This document shows, piece after piece, positions 49,401-63,840 of a stretch of 64,000 bases of DNA. How positions within the stretch are numbered: the first letter of the stretch is position 1; each line of letters opens with the position of its first letter. Where the stretch lies: the NCBI RefSeq assembly GCF_009914755.1, contig NC_060947.1; one strand, 5' to 3'. A program made the position numbers and the translations under genes. The DNA comes from the human T2T-CHM13v2.0 reference genome, Homo sapiens. The notes under the pieces are model-generated. The model was not told the DNA's origin. It made no database searches and worked only from the letters and a program-made list of their open reading frames with translations.

Positions 49401-50721
49401 TGAGTAGCACATAATAAGTCTCAAAAATGTTTGCCAAACATGATGAGAAGTAATTTGGCACAATGCACATCTAAGGCTTCTTTTAAGACAATTTTCCAAA
49501 TGAACCTTAAGGTCAATTCAATCACCCTGAGCCTTTCAGCTTTAGATTTCTCTTTGCTCGAAGGGAAGGAAATTCATCCAATGGGAATAAGAATAGAAAT
49601 AAAACAAGGCGGGTTCATAGAATCCCATGGTGTCATGGTAGAATTATAGTCTGAGATGGTTGGAAATGTTTCTCTTTTTTCCTACAGTATTCCCCCATGG
49701 CCCCTGACACTTACCTGTAATACCTTGTAGTTTAGTATTTAGGTAGTTGCTAGGCCTAGCTGTCTCCATGGAGACAAGGGTAGATTTGCAAGTGTGCTAG
49801 TTATTGCAAGTAACTAACGCAGCAGTTTATCCAGTATTTTCTTCTCTTTCTTTTTTTTCTTTTTCTTTTTCTTTTTTTTTTTTTTTTTTACAGTTCAGAA
49901 GTCTTGAAAAAGCCTACTGTACTGTGACTTGTATAGAATTCACTGTGTAGGATACCTTCTTTCTTGAATTTAGTTTACTTTGTCATGGGAAGAGTGAAGT
50001 TTGCTTATAGAAGTTATGGCTTCTTGCCTGGAAATAGTCTCTTGGTAAAATGAAAAAATTTACATGTGGAAGATTTCCAAGCTTCACTGCCTAGCCCCTC
50101 AAAGCTACTTCAATAATATGTTTAGTGGAACAATGACAGATGAGAAATGTGCTTGACTAAGAATGGCCCCAGTATGGGAGACACTTCAGAGCCTGAAGTG
50201 TTTCCCTCATTAGTGTAAAGCAGTGGACTGAAGGCATAGTCCCTCATGGGTTCTCCATCTAGCTGAGCTTATTCTGGCCAGGAGAAAGTGGCCTACTTAT
50301 TATGGTGGTTGATAGAATTGAAGCAAGAGAGAGAGAATGTAGGACAATTTCTCTCCATAACAAATCTCTCTCAAAGTGGAAAATGGACAGCAGGTGATGC
50401 CATCAAAACAGGCTTTGGCTTTCAAAGCTATCCCTTCATCTCCTGGACCAATATCTTCTCTTTTCCTTTCTGTCATGCTTCCCTTGATATTTTCACTAGG
50501 AGCAGAACAAGGTATGGCTCTGTAGGATCCCAATTACCCTTGCCTGTAGCTTGAATATAGGCAGGCTGAGTTTGGGACAGTGAAGTTCAAGGGTCTGAGA
50601 GCTTTGATAAAAATCTTTAATAGAGTCAAAGCTCTAATATTAATCCTAGTAATTTCAAATTTGCCATAATTCAGAGGGCTGACCTAAAAGTTACCTTTGT
50701 TCAGCAAAGGTCTTCAAAAAG

Positions 50722-50825
50722 AACTATTATGGAAACAGTTAAACATACACAGAAAGAGAATAGTATAATGAACCTCCATACACCCATCATCCAACTTCAA
50801 CATTTATTACTATTTTGCCAATATT
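50722..50825 (-). mobile_element. Old L1ME 3' end fragment
   Basis: aaacatacacagaaagagaatagtataatgaacctccatacacccatcatccaacttcaa. Confidence 0.6.
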
Positions 50826-51136
50826 AGCAAAGCTTTTCTTCATTGGAATTTTAATCTTGGTCTCACATAGGACTGTTTGGTGCCTTTACATCTTTAAACT
50901 ATTTTAGTTTAGAAGCTCCCCTTCAATTTGTAATTGACTTACCAATTACAAATAATTCCAATTATTCATTAAATAGGTCTCTTAGGGACATTCTGGGACA
51001 ATACTTCCTTAAAGCATTTTGAGTCCAGTTTGAGTTGTTTTTACTTGAGAGTAATAAAGCTTGTTTCTTTTAAATTGTCCTATGATTTGGATTTTTCGTT
51101 GGTTGACACTGACCTCATCTTTACCATCTTCTGTAG

Positions 51137-51181
51137 GTAATATCAATTACCAAAGAGAGCTGATAAATTCAGGAAGAAAAG
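51137..51181 (+). other. Candidate 45-nt exon / recursive splice site
   Basis: ctgac branch point at 51109-51113, pyrimidine tract, tag|GTAATA, then AAG|gtgtgt donor after 51181. Confidence 0.35.
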
Positions 51182-53899
51182 GTGTGTAGGCCTGAGTTTT
51201 GCATAATAGCTGAATTCTTCCCACTGAGGCACAATCACTTAAGGCCAGTATTTCAGGCTGCATCACAGGAAACCATTGTCCTGTTTTGTTCATGCAGAAT
51301 CAGAAAAGATTCTGAATGGGGCCTAAATGAGATGGTGATTGTCCATTAGCCCTCCAGGAAAGAACTGAGTCATACTGTCCAAAGGGCATTAAATCAGTCT
51401 GGATTGTTGGAGTAGATGATTCACCTCTAAGCTGCTTGGATTAACAACATTATTATTTCTCTACCATCAACCAGGCTTATTATGCTTTATGTAAAACAGG
51501 ACTAATGTGCTTGAAAGCACTTGAGGGTCCTTATAGCTTTCCAGGCTCCTAAAAATTGATACACAACCTTGTGTAAGTGCTTGGTCTATCTGAGCCTATC
51601 TCTGGTGCTTCAAAGCCATTAACTTCTAGCCTGTAGAAGAGAAAATATGACCTCCCATCTTTTGCTTCATTAGCATACTGGTATAAATAAGCTCAAACAA
51701 CAAAGCATTTTATCAACTCATTTGACTTTTCTAGAATTCCACTCACCTTTGCTATCGTAAGGCTGCTGTGTCACATTTCTAATAGCCTTTAAGCCTGAAT
51801 AAGGACGAGAGGACTGTGATGTCCTTCATCTGTATTGAAAAAAGAACTTCGGGTTAATCATAACACTTGACTGTGAAGCCCATCTACCAATCTCAGGGGA
51901 AAGTCTGCTTCCTGCAGGCCCTGGGTATCATGGGATATATAATTGGAGTCTCTGGGGGTCTGAGTTGATGTGGCTGCAAATCAATTAAGCTTAGCACTTT
52001 CAAAATCATTTCTCTCATCTAGGTGAAAAAGAATCCCAAGTGCAATATGAGTTTCAAGGCAAAAGCATCTGTGTAAATTGTATCCTAAAGGGTCCTATAA
52101 GACCTTGGTTTTGTGGAGACAAATTATTCTGTCATTGCTCCCTACCCTCTCATCTTTTCCCTTGTTTGATACTGGCTGAATTTGGAAGTGGAACAGGGGT
52201 ATCAAAAAGAGACCTGTAATTCTTTTCTGGTTGAATGTGTAACTCTTGAGATAAGAGCAATACTCAACTGGAATTCTTGCAAAGTTTTTTTGGAAGAGTT
52301 TGACTAGTGATAACTGTTGGTTTTAAAGCCATGTTTGACAGAATTTATCTGTTTAGATTTCTCTGGGTCTCCGTCATTTCAATGTGGCAATTGTTCCGTG
52401 TCTCAGAAATATAATTCTAGGTATCCAGGCCTAGGCATTTTTTATTTCAGAGACTGAAAATGGAGAGAGAAGAAATATTGAAGATGCTATGGTCCTGCAC
52501 TTTCATTTTTCAGGTCTGAAATTCCCCTCTGGTTTCTTCTCTCCGTTTTCTGATAACCTCCAAAGAGTGGCTGGGGCTCACAGAAGGAGGATCAGGCTGT
52601 TCCTCATCACTGCACTATTTTGCTTGCCTGCTGCAAGAGCTGTCTGTTGCCCACAGGGTGCCTTCTACTTCTCTCCCACTGCTGTCCCTAATGAGTCAAC
52701 ATTTCTCTATTCATTCCATTGTGAGATACTGCCTCTCTGAGGTAAGAGAAGCACTTGGGAGTTGTACTTGTTAATTCCTCTGGAAGAACTCAGTGCATCA
52801 GTATGCATTTGCTGCTGTATGGGCAATACAGCCAGGACGATAGTCCTAAAAGAAGGACTGCTTCTCTGAACTTTAGGGCCTCTCTCATTCCTTATATGCC
52901 ATGCTATAGTGCAAGTAAATAGGGTTGCTCCCAAAGAGAGCAATCCAATGTCGTTGTTTTGTTTTTCCTCCAAGCTGGAGGTATTGGTGGTTGTTAATTT
53001 GGTAGGGAGTGGGAGGGGGGTGGGAGGGAGGAGTTGAAGGAGGAATGTAAGGAAATCTGAAAGTTCCTTTAGTGAAATCTAACCCATTTATTTTTCAGAG
53101 TTAGGAATGGAGGGAGGATTTTCATGTGGGGTGGGAGAGCCAGCTTAGATCTTAAAGCTCTCAATTTTCTTTCTCTTAGTAGATCTTATATGTTCTTAAT
53201 GGGCCTGCTACTCCTATAGTGGCCTGATTACTATGTTTTCAAAAGTAGTTGAGAAGCCTGTATTACAGTTCCAATCCTCTCACTAACTACTGGGTCTTGA
53301 GCAGTTCCCTTTTCCTCAGTTTGCTCATCTGTAAAATTATGGAGTTAGCGTAAATTATAGATTTCTAAGACTCCTTCAAGCTCTCTGGCTCTCCGGCTTT
53401 CTGGCTCTAAATTCATGAGTCTTCTTCATGTCCAGTGGAAGGCATCATTGAGTCCCCCAGAGACTAGTCCAACAGGTATGTGGTATCTGTATTCACACAA
53501 ACAATGAGTCTTTTTGAGCTTTTTTTGCCTATGAGCTATAAGATACAATAAGCAGAACTAATTATTTTAGACCCCTAACCATAAACTTGGTTTGCTAAAT
53601 GAAGAACAAATAACCCAGTTTTGATGGAAAAGGAAAAAGCATTTGGAGCTTAATGGTGTGGATTAGATTCCTTAGGGAATGGCATCCCAAGGGGGATGTC
53701 TAAGTCCAACACATTGAGATGAACAGGAACTCAGAAGTCACTGTGGTTTCCTTCTGAGACTGAATAGCATCATCTCTAGGAAGTCTTGGGAAGAAGGAGC
53801 CCTCATCCTGGGCATGTTGGGGCATTGCCGTGTGATGCCGCTTGTTCTGTTGTAGTTGTAGCATAAATGGAGTTCAGTTAGGAGAGATAGGCTGGGCAA

Positions 53900-54350
53900 C
53901 ATTCAGAGACAGCAGCTCCTTCCTTTGTGCTCCTATAGCACATATTCTGTTTAGCACATTTCCCACTGCCTTAGGGTTATTGGGTAGATGTGTCTCTCTT
54001 GTGTCCCCCATAAGCCCCTAGAGAGTTTCTAGAATAGGAGCAAGTGTCTCAGGCATCTCTGTTAACTCCAGCATCTAGCACAGGGCCTGGCAAACGGGAG
54101 GTGTTCAATGAATCTCTTTCAAAAAACCTATTCTGAGTTTCCAAACTGGGTTGGGGTCTTTCTTCTCTACTCCCATAGCACCAACACTTCCTTTCATCTA
54201 TCACAGTACAGAGTACTGATTACTGTATTCTACCTGCCAAGTGGCTTGTATCTCTGCTGTAACACCCTTGAGGGTAGGGGCTGTATGGTCGTTTTCTAAT
54301 GCAGTGAATGCACAAAGGAGATACAAAATAAATATTTTTTGATGGATGTA
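53900..54350 (+). mobile_element. L2 3' fragments (two)
   Basis: ccagcatctagcacagggcctggca ... gttcaatgaat; ccttgagggtaggggctgt ... aaataaatatt. Confidence 0.6.
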
Positions 54351-54980
54351 TGGAATACTTTATTGTTGCAAAGATTCAAATATTATGTCACAATCTCCTA
54401 CCTCCGGCTTTGTGGGGCTCCTTAGAAATGTACTTCCCCCAGCATTTGGATAAATACTTTGTCTTTGTCATACTTTCCATCTCTATTATTTGAGAACCTA
54501 GTATATGCCTACACTACACAGAGATAAATTGGACAGATCCTTCCTTGTCAGGAAAGCTTTTGTTGATGAGGAACCTTCAGAATTAAAACAATGCCACTAT
54601 GAAATGAGAGCAAAATCTTAGAGCATATATGGGAACTTCAATTCTAAATCAGATAGTTTAATGCTACACACTTGAGATTTTCCTCTTCTCCATTCTTTTT
54701 TCCATGTACCCCATTCCTGGCTGTTTTTATATATCTGGCTATCTTCTGTGTGTCTTCAGCCTTCATATTAAAGGCTGCAGTGTTGCAGCCTTTAGGTACT
54801 TTTTTTTTAGAAAAAATTATATTTCCATAGGTTATTGGGGAGCAGGTGGTGTTTCATTACATAAGTAAGTTCTTTAGGGGAGATTTGTGAGATTTTGGTG
54901 CACCCATCACCTAAGCAGTATACACTGCACCCTATTTGCAGTCTTTTATTCCTCACTCCCTTACCATCATTTCTGCCTGA

Positions 54981-55314
<334 letters not shown>

Positions 55315-55511
55315 CATTGTGTCATTCTTATGCCTTTGCATCCTCATAGCTTAGCTCCCACTTATGAGTGAGAACACACAATGTTTGGTTTTCCATTCCA
55401 GAGTTACTGCATTTAGAATAATAGACTCCAATCTTATCCAGGTTGCTGCGAATGCCATTAACTCATTCCTTTTTATGGATGAGTAGTATTCTGTCGTATA
55501 TACCACAGTTT

Positions 55512-56025
55512 CTTCTTTTTTTTTTATGGTGTTAGACAGCAACTTTTGTGAAGTAGCAGTGTACAGCAGCAGCAGAGGTACTGCTCCTTGCAGAGCAGGG
55601 CTAACCCGTAGGTAGTGTGCCCAGATTAGTAACTCAGGGGCAGTTCTGCATTCATATTTATACCCACTTTTATTTTATTTATTATTTATTTATTTTAAGA
55701 TGGAGTTTCACCATGTTGGCCAGGCTGTTCTCAAACTCCTGACCTCAAGTGATCTGCCCACCTCGGCCTCCCAAAGTGCTGGGATTACAGACATGAGCCA
55801 TTGCACCTGCTCCCCGACTTTTAATTATGTACAAGTTAAGGGGCATGTAATTTCTAATTTTCTAACTTCTAAATTTCTGATTTTCTAGAAATTTAGAAAT
55901 TTCTAGAAAAGGGGTGGTAACTTCTGGGTGTTGCCACAGCAGTGGTAAAGTGTCATGGCACTGGTGGGCATGTCTGTGTTTTTTTTATTATTATACTTTA
56001 AGTTCTGGGATACATGTGCAGAAAG
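55512..56025 (-). mobile_element. Severely 5'-truncated L1PA (55979-56023) with about 450-bp 3' transduction (ERV1 LTR fragment containing an Alu left monomer) and second poly(A)
   Basis: TSD accacagttt at 55502-55511 and 56026-56035; two A-tails on the minus strand. Confidence 0.85.
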
Positions 56026-56737
56026 ACCACAGTTTTTTTATCCATTCGTTGATTGATGGGCATTTGGGTTGGTTCCACGTTTTTGCAATTGTGAATTGTG
56101 CAGCTATAAACATGCGTGTGCAAGTGTCTTCTTTGCATAATGACTTCTTTTCCTTTGGGTAGATACCCAGTAGTGGGATTGCTGGATCAAATGGTAGTTC
56201 TAATTTTAGTTCTCTAAGGAATCTCCACACTGTTTTCCATAGTGGTTGTACTAGTTTACATTCCCACCAGCAGTGTAGAAGTGTTCCCTGTTCACCACAT
56301 CCACACCAACATCTACTATTTTTTGATTTTTTCATTTTTTTTGATTATGGGCATTCTTGCAGGAGTAAGGTGGTATCACATTGTGGTTTTGGTTTGCATT
56401 TCCCTGATGATTAGTGATGTTGAGCATTTTTTCATATGATTATTGGTCATTTGCATATCTTCTTTTGAGAATTGTCTATTCATGTCCTTAGCCTACTTTT
56501 TGATGGGGTTGTTTGGTTTTTTTCCTGCTGATTTATTTGAGTTCCTTGTAGATTCTGGATATTAGTCCTTTGTCAGATGTATAGATTTTGTAGATTTTCT
56601 CCCACTCAGTGGGTTGTCTGTTTACTCTGCTGACTGTTCCTTTTGCTGTGCAAAAGCTCTTTAGTTTAATTAAGTCCTAGTAATTTATCTTTGTTTTTAT
56701 TGCATTTGTTTTTGGGTTCTTGGTCATGAAATCCTAA

Positions 56738-57124
<387 letters not shown>

Positions 57125-59877
57125 TAAGGTGAGAGATGAGGATCCAGTTTCATTCTCCTACATGTGGCTAACCAATTATCCTAGCACCATTTGTTGAAAA
57201 GTGTGTCCTTTCCCCTCTTTATGTTTTTGTTTGCTTTGCTGAAGATCAGTTGGCTGTAAGTATTTGGGTTTATTTCTGGGTTCTCTATTCTGTTCCATTG
57301 GTCTATGTGCCTTTTTTTTTATACCAGTACCATGCTGTTTTGGTGACTATGGCCTTATAGTATAGTTTGAAATCAGGTAATGTGATGCCTCCAGATTTGT
57401 TCTTTTTGCTCAGTCTTGCTTTGGCTATGCAGGCTCTTTTTCAGTTCCATATGAATTTTAGAATTGTTTTTTCTAATTCTTTGAAGAATGATAGTAGTAT
57501 TTTGATGAGAATTGCATTGAATTTGCAGATTGCTTTTGACACTATGGTTATTTTTCACAATGTTGATTCTACCTATCCATGAGCATGGGATATGTTTCCA
57601 TTTGTTTGTGTTGTCTATGATTTCTTTCAGCAGTATTTTGTAGTTTTCCTTGTAGAGGTCTTTCACCTCCTTTATTAGGTATATTCCTAAGTATTTTATT
57701 TATTTTTTGCAGCTCTTGTAGAAGGGGTCGAGTTCTTGATTTGATTCTCAGCTTGATCACTGTTGGTGTATAGAAGAGCTACTGATTTGTGTACATTAAT
57801 TTTGTATCTGGAAAGTTTGCTGAATTCTTTTATCAGTTCTAGGAGCTTTCTGCAGGAGCCTTTAGGGTTTTCTTGGGAAATGATCATATCATCAGCAAAC
57901 AGTGACAGTTTGACTTGCTCTTTACCAATTTGGATGCCCTTTATTTCTTTCTCTTGTCTGATTGCTACGGCTAGGACTTCCAGTACTATGTTGAAGAGGA
58001 GTGGCGAGAGTGGGAATCCTTGTCTTTTTCCAGTTGTCAGAGGAAATCCTTTCCATTTTTCCCCATTCAGTATTACGTTGGCTGTGAGTTTGTCATAGAT
58101 GGCTTTTATTATTTTGAGGTATGTCCCTTGTATGCCGATTTTGTTGAGAGTTTTAATCATAATGGGATGGGGATTTTGTTGAATGCTTTTTCTGCGTCTG
58201 TTGAGATCATCATGTGATTTTTTTTTAAATTCTGTTTATGTGGTATATCACATTTATTGATTTGTGTATGTTAAACCGTCCTTGCATCCCTGGTATGAAA
58301 CCCACTTGATCATGTTGTATTGTCTTTTTGATATGTTGTTGGATTCAGTTAGCTAGTATTTTGTGAAGGATTTTAGCATCTATGTTCACCAGGGTTATTG
58401 GTCTGTAGTTTTCTTTTTTGGTTATGTCCTTCTCTGGTTTTAATATTAGCATGATACTGGCTTCACATAATGATTTAGGCAGGGTTCACTCTTTCTCTAT
58501 CTTTTGGAATAGTGTCAGTAGGATTGGTACCAATTCTTATTTGAATGTCTAGTAGAATTCTGTTGTGAATCCATCTGGCCCTGGACTTTTTTTGTTGATA
58601 ATTTTTAATTTACCATTTCAATCTTGCTGCTTGTTATTGGCCTGTTCATGGTATCTAATTCTTCCTGATCTAATCTAGGAGGGCTGTATATTTCCAGCAA
58701 TGTATCCATCTCTTCTAGGTTTTCTAGTTTATGTACGTAAAGGTGTTCATAGTTGCCTTGAATGATCTTTTGTATTTCTGTGGTGTCAGTTGTATATCTC
58801 CTATTTCGTTTCTTATTGAGCTTATTTGGATTTTCTCTCTTCTTTTCTTGGTTAATCTTGCTCATGGTCTGTCAATTTTATTTATCTTTTCTAAGAACCA
58901 GATTTTTGTTTCATTTATCTTTTGTATTTTTTGTTTTAATTTCATTTAGTTCTGCTTGATCTTTGTTGTTTCCTTTATTCTGCTGGGTTTGGGTTTGGTT
59001 TGTTCTTGTTTCTCTAGTTCCTTGAGGTGTGACCTTAGATTGTCTGTTTGTGCTCTTTTAGACTTTTTGATGTAGGCGTTTCAGGTTATGAACTTTCCTT
59101 TTAGCACTACTTTTGCTGTATCCCAGAGGTTTAGATAGGTTGTGTCACTATTATTGTTCAATTCAAAAAAATTCTTAATTTTCATTTTGATTTCATTTTT
59201 TACCCAATTATTCAGCATCAGGTTATTTAATTTCCAAGCATTTGCATGGTTTTGAAGGTTCTTTTTGGAGTTGATTTCTAGTTATATTCCACTGTGGTCT
59301 GACAGAGTGCTTGATCTAATTTCAATTTTCTTAAATTTATCAAGGTTTGTTTTGTGGCCTATCATATGTTCTTTCTTAGAGAAATCTCCATGTGCTGTTG
59401 AATAGAATGTATATTCTGCAGTTGTTGGATGGAATGTTCTGTATATATCTGTTAAGTCCATTTGTTCCAGGGTATAGTTTAAATCCATTGTTTCTTTGTT
59501 GACTTTCTCTCTTGATGACCTGTCTAGTGCTGTCAGTGGAGTATTGAAATCCCCCACTATTATTGTGTTGCTGTCTGTCTCATTTTTTAGGTCTATTAGT
59601 AATTGTTTTATACATTTGGGAGCTCTAGTGTTAGGTGCATATATATTTAGAATTATGACATTTTCCTACTGGACTAGTCCTTTTATCATTATATAATGTC
59701 CCTCTTTGTTTTTTGTTTTAACTGCTGTTGCTTTAAAGTTTGTTTTGTCTGATATAAGAACAGCTACTTCTGCTTGCTTTTGGTATCTATTTGCCTGAAA
59801 TGTCTTTTTCCACCCCTGTACCTTAAGTTTGTGTGAGTCCTTATGTGTTAGGTGTGTCTCTTGAAGGAAGCACATAG

Positions 59878-60207
<330 letters not shown>

Positions 60208-63200
60208 AATTCTGTATCTTTTAAGTGGAGCATTTAGGCCCTTTACCTTTAATGTTAGTATTGAGATGTGAGGTACCATTCCATTCATCGTGCAATTTGT
60301 TGCCTGTACACCTTGGTTTTTTGTTTTAGGTTTTTGTTCTTTGAATTGCATTTTTGTTTTATAGGTCCTGTGAGGTTTATGCTTTAAAGAGGTTCTGTTT
60401 TGATGTGTTTCCAGGATTTCTTTCAAGTTTTAGAGCTCCTTTTAGCAGTTCTTGTAGTGGTAGCTTGGTAGTGGCAAATTCTCTTGGCATTTGCATGCCT
60501 GAAAAAGACTTTCCTTCATATATGAAGCTTAGTTCCACTGGATACAAAATTCTTGGCTGATGATTGTTTCGTTTGAGGAGGCTGAAGATATCCCTTCTAG
60601 CTTGTAGGGTTTCTGCTGAGAAATCTGCTGTTAATCTGATAGGTTTTCCTTTATAGGTTACCCGGTGCTTTTGTCATCTCACAGCTCTTAAGATTCTTTC
60701 CTTCATCATAACTTTAGGTGACCTGATGACAATGTGCATAGGAGATGATCTTTCTGCAGTGAATTTCCCAGGTGTTCTTTGTGCTTCTTGTATTTGGATG
60801 TCTAGGTATCTAGCAAGGCTGGGGACATTTTCCTCAATTATTCCCCCAAATATGTTTTCCAAACTTTTAGATTTCTCTTCTTCCTCAGGAACACTGATTA
60901 TTCTTAGGTTTGATCATTTAACATAATCACAGATTTCTCGGAGGCTTTGTTCCTATTTTCTTATTCTTTTTTCTTTGTCTTTGTTGGATTCAGTTAATTT
61001 GAAGACCTTGTCTTTGAGCTCTGGATTTCTTTCTTCTACTTGTTCAATTCTATTGCTGAGACTTTCCAGAGCATTTTGCCTTTCTATAAGTGTGCCCATT
61101 GTTTCCTGAAATTTTGATTGTTTTTTATTTATGCTATCTATTTCCTTGAATATTTCTCCCTTCATTTCTTGTATCATCTTTTGGATTTCCTTGCATTGGG
61201 CTTTGCCTTTCTCTGGTGCCTCCCTGATTAGCTTAATAACTAACCCCTGAATTCTTTTTCAGGTGAATCAGGGATTTCTTCTTGGTTTGGGTCCATTACT
61301 GGTGAGCTAGTATGATTTTTTGGGAGTGTTAAAGAGCCTTGTTTTGTCATATTACCAGAGTTGGTTTTCTGGTTCCTTCTCATTTGGGCAGGCTCTGTCA
61401 GAGGGAAGGTTTAGGGCTAAAGGCTGTTGTTCAGATTCTTTTGTCCCATGGGGTGTTCCCTTAATGTAGTAATCTCCCCCTTTTCCTATGGTTGTGGCTT
61501 TCTGAGAGCTGAGCTGTAGTGATTATTCTCTCTTTTCTGAGTCTAGCCACCCAGCAAGTCTACCAGGCTCTGGGATGGTACTAAGGGTTGTCTGCACAGA
61601 GTCCTGTGATATGAACCATCTGTGGGTCTCTCAGCCATGGATACCAGCACCTGTTTTGGTGGAGGTGGCAGGGGTGTGAAATGGACTCTGTGAGGATTCT
61701 TAGCTTTGGTAGTTTAATGCACTGTTTTTGTGCTGGTTGACCTCCTGCTAGGAGGTTGTGCTTTCCAGAGAGCATCAGCTGTGGTAGCATGGGGAGGAAC
61801 AGGTGGTGGGCGGGGCCCTATAACTCCCAAGAGTATATGTCCTTTGTCTTCAGTTACCAGGGTGGGTAGGGAAGGACCGCTGTGTTGGGGCAGTGCTAGG
61901 CGCTGTCTGAGCTCAGACTCTCCTTGGGCGGATCTTGCTGTGGCTGCTGTGGGGGATGGGGATGAGGTTCTCAGGTCAATGGAGTTATGTTTCTAGGAGG
62001 ATTATGACTGTCTCTACTATGTCATGCAGGTTGTCAGGGAAGTGGGGGAAAGCCAGCAGTCACAGGCCTCAACCAGCTCCCACACAATCCGAAGGGCTGG
62101 TCTCACTTCCACCGTGCCCACCCCCCGCCCAACAGCACCAAGTCTGTTTCCAGGTAGTGGGCAAGCAGGGCTGAGAACTTGCCCCAGGTTACCCTCCTCC
62201 CAACTGTGAAAGCAAATGTGTCTTTTCTTCTTCCTTGCTTGTGGAGTCTGCACACTGGATTCATGCCCTCCCCTGAGTTCTGGCCAGGAGGCTTCTCAAA
62301 CAGTTCAAATTGTTACAGAGTTTAGCTGGGGATTTTCTTCTCCCTGTGGTCTTTTCCCGGTGCCTCTGGCCACCCTCTTGAAGGGCCCCTGTGAGGCCAG
62401 ACAAAAATGGCTTGCTAGGGAACCCGGTGAGCTCCCAGGGCTCTTCCTGTTGCTTCCTCTACCTCTGGATTTCGCTCAGCTCTCTGAATTGACTCAGCTA
62501 AAGGTAAGATCAAAATCTTTTCTAGGTCAAAATCTAGGCCTTCAGTTTCCCCAGTAGGGATGTGTGTTCGGGGGCGGATGATCTCCCTTTCCCACCTCTT
62601 CAGTTTGGGCACTCACAGTATTTGGGTTGTCTCCCAGGTCTTGCAGGAGCAATCTGCTTCTTTCAGGGGGTCTGTAGGTCCTCTCAGGTTTCCTGATTTG
62701 TTCCTGCAGTCGTTCTGAAGCAAAAACTCATGATGCGAGCCTCTACATGCTGCTCTGTCCATCCGAATTGGAGCTGCAATCTAGTCCTGCATCCCATCCG
62801 CCATGATCCCCTGAGAGTCTCTAGGTACTTTAGCAGCCTGAAGCCTTTCTGCTGAGAAATGCAGTGTAGGCTTTCATTGAGTACTGTTCACTTATGACAC
62901 TATCAAACTAAATTCATGCCTACCAGTTGTACTGGAGACTTGCTAATAATGTCTTCCTCTTTCATTTTTTTTTTAACTTGACTAGGCACCAGGGCTGATT
63001 AGATCAGTTTGTTTTTTTTCCTACAATAATGATGTTTATTTCAGCCCTGAAATCTTTTGGTAATTTAAAAATGGTTGTTGTATAGCATTTGCACTGGTAG
63101 ATATAACAATTGTGCTTTGTTGTTTTCCATGTTGTGAAACTAGCTAAGAATTACCCTAACAGTGACGTTGCCAATTCTGTCTCTTGTCCGAAAAAAATAT

Positions 63201-63277
63201 GAACTACCCTTACTTGGAGATAGTAAATGCTGGATTATTTGTGTTTCTGAAAAGATTTGCCAGTCTAGGGATATTAC

Positions 63278-63610
63278 TGTATTAGTTAGAGTAAATGCTA
63301 GGCATATCACTTCTTCAAATAATGATTCAGGGACTGAAACTCCTTTCATCTTATGGCAATGCCATCTTTAACATGGCATTCTAGGCTCTGTTTTTATTCC
63401 AGTCAACTAGAAGGAAAAAAAGAACATGGAGAATATTATATAGGAGAGCAGGATTGGAGATGATACATATCACTTTGGTTCATAATCCATTGGGCAAAAA
63501 TTAATCACATGAATATAACTAACTATAGGGGATACTGGCAAATATGGTCCAGATACATGGCCATTCTAAGGAAAAGGAAACAGGTTTTCATGAACAGATA
63601 GTATCTATAA
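63278..63610 (-). mobile_element. MLT1 (MaLR) LTR
   Basis: tgtattagttag terminus; cactttggttcataatccattgggcaaaaattaatcacatg. Confidence 0.6.
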
Positions 63611-63840
63611 TAATTAACTTTGGAGCAACCACTAGAAAGCTAAACCATTCCTTCTACCTGTTTCCTTTTCACTGGTGCAACAGAGCCACTGGGGAACAGA
63701 CACGCTGCTTCCCACTCCTGTTGTCTTTTCTGATGTGTCCTTAACTTCTAGGTGGAAGGAGCTAGACACTAACCTTACTGATTGTGAAAGATGATTGATC
63801 CAGAGATCAAGAATCATTTAGTGAATGCCATGTTAGGTAA

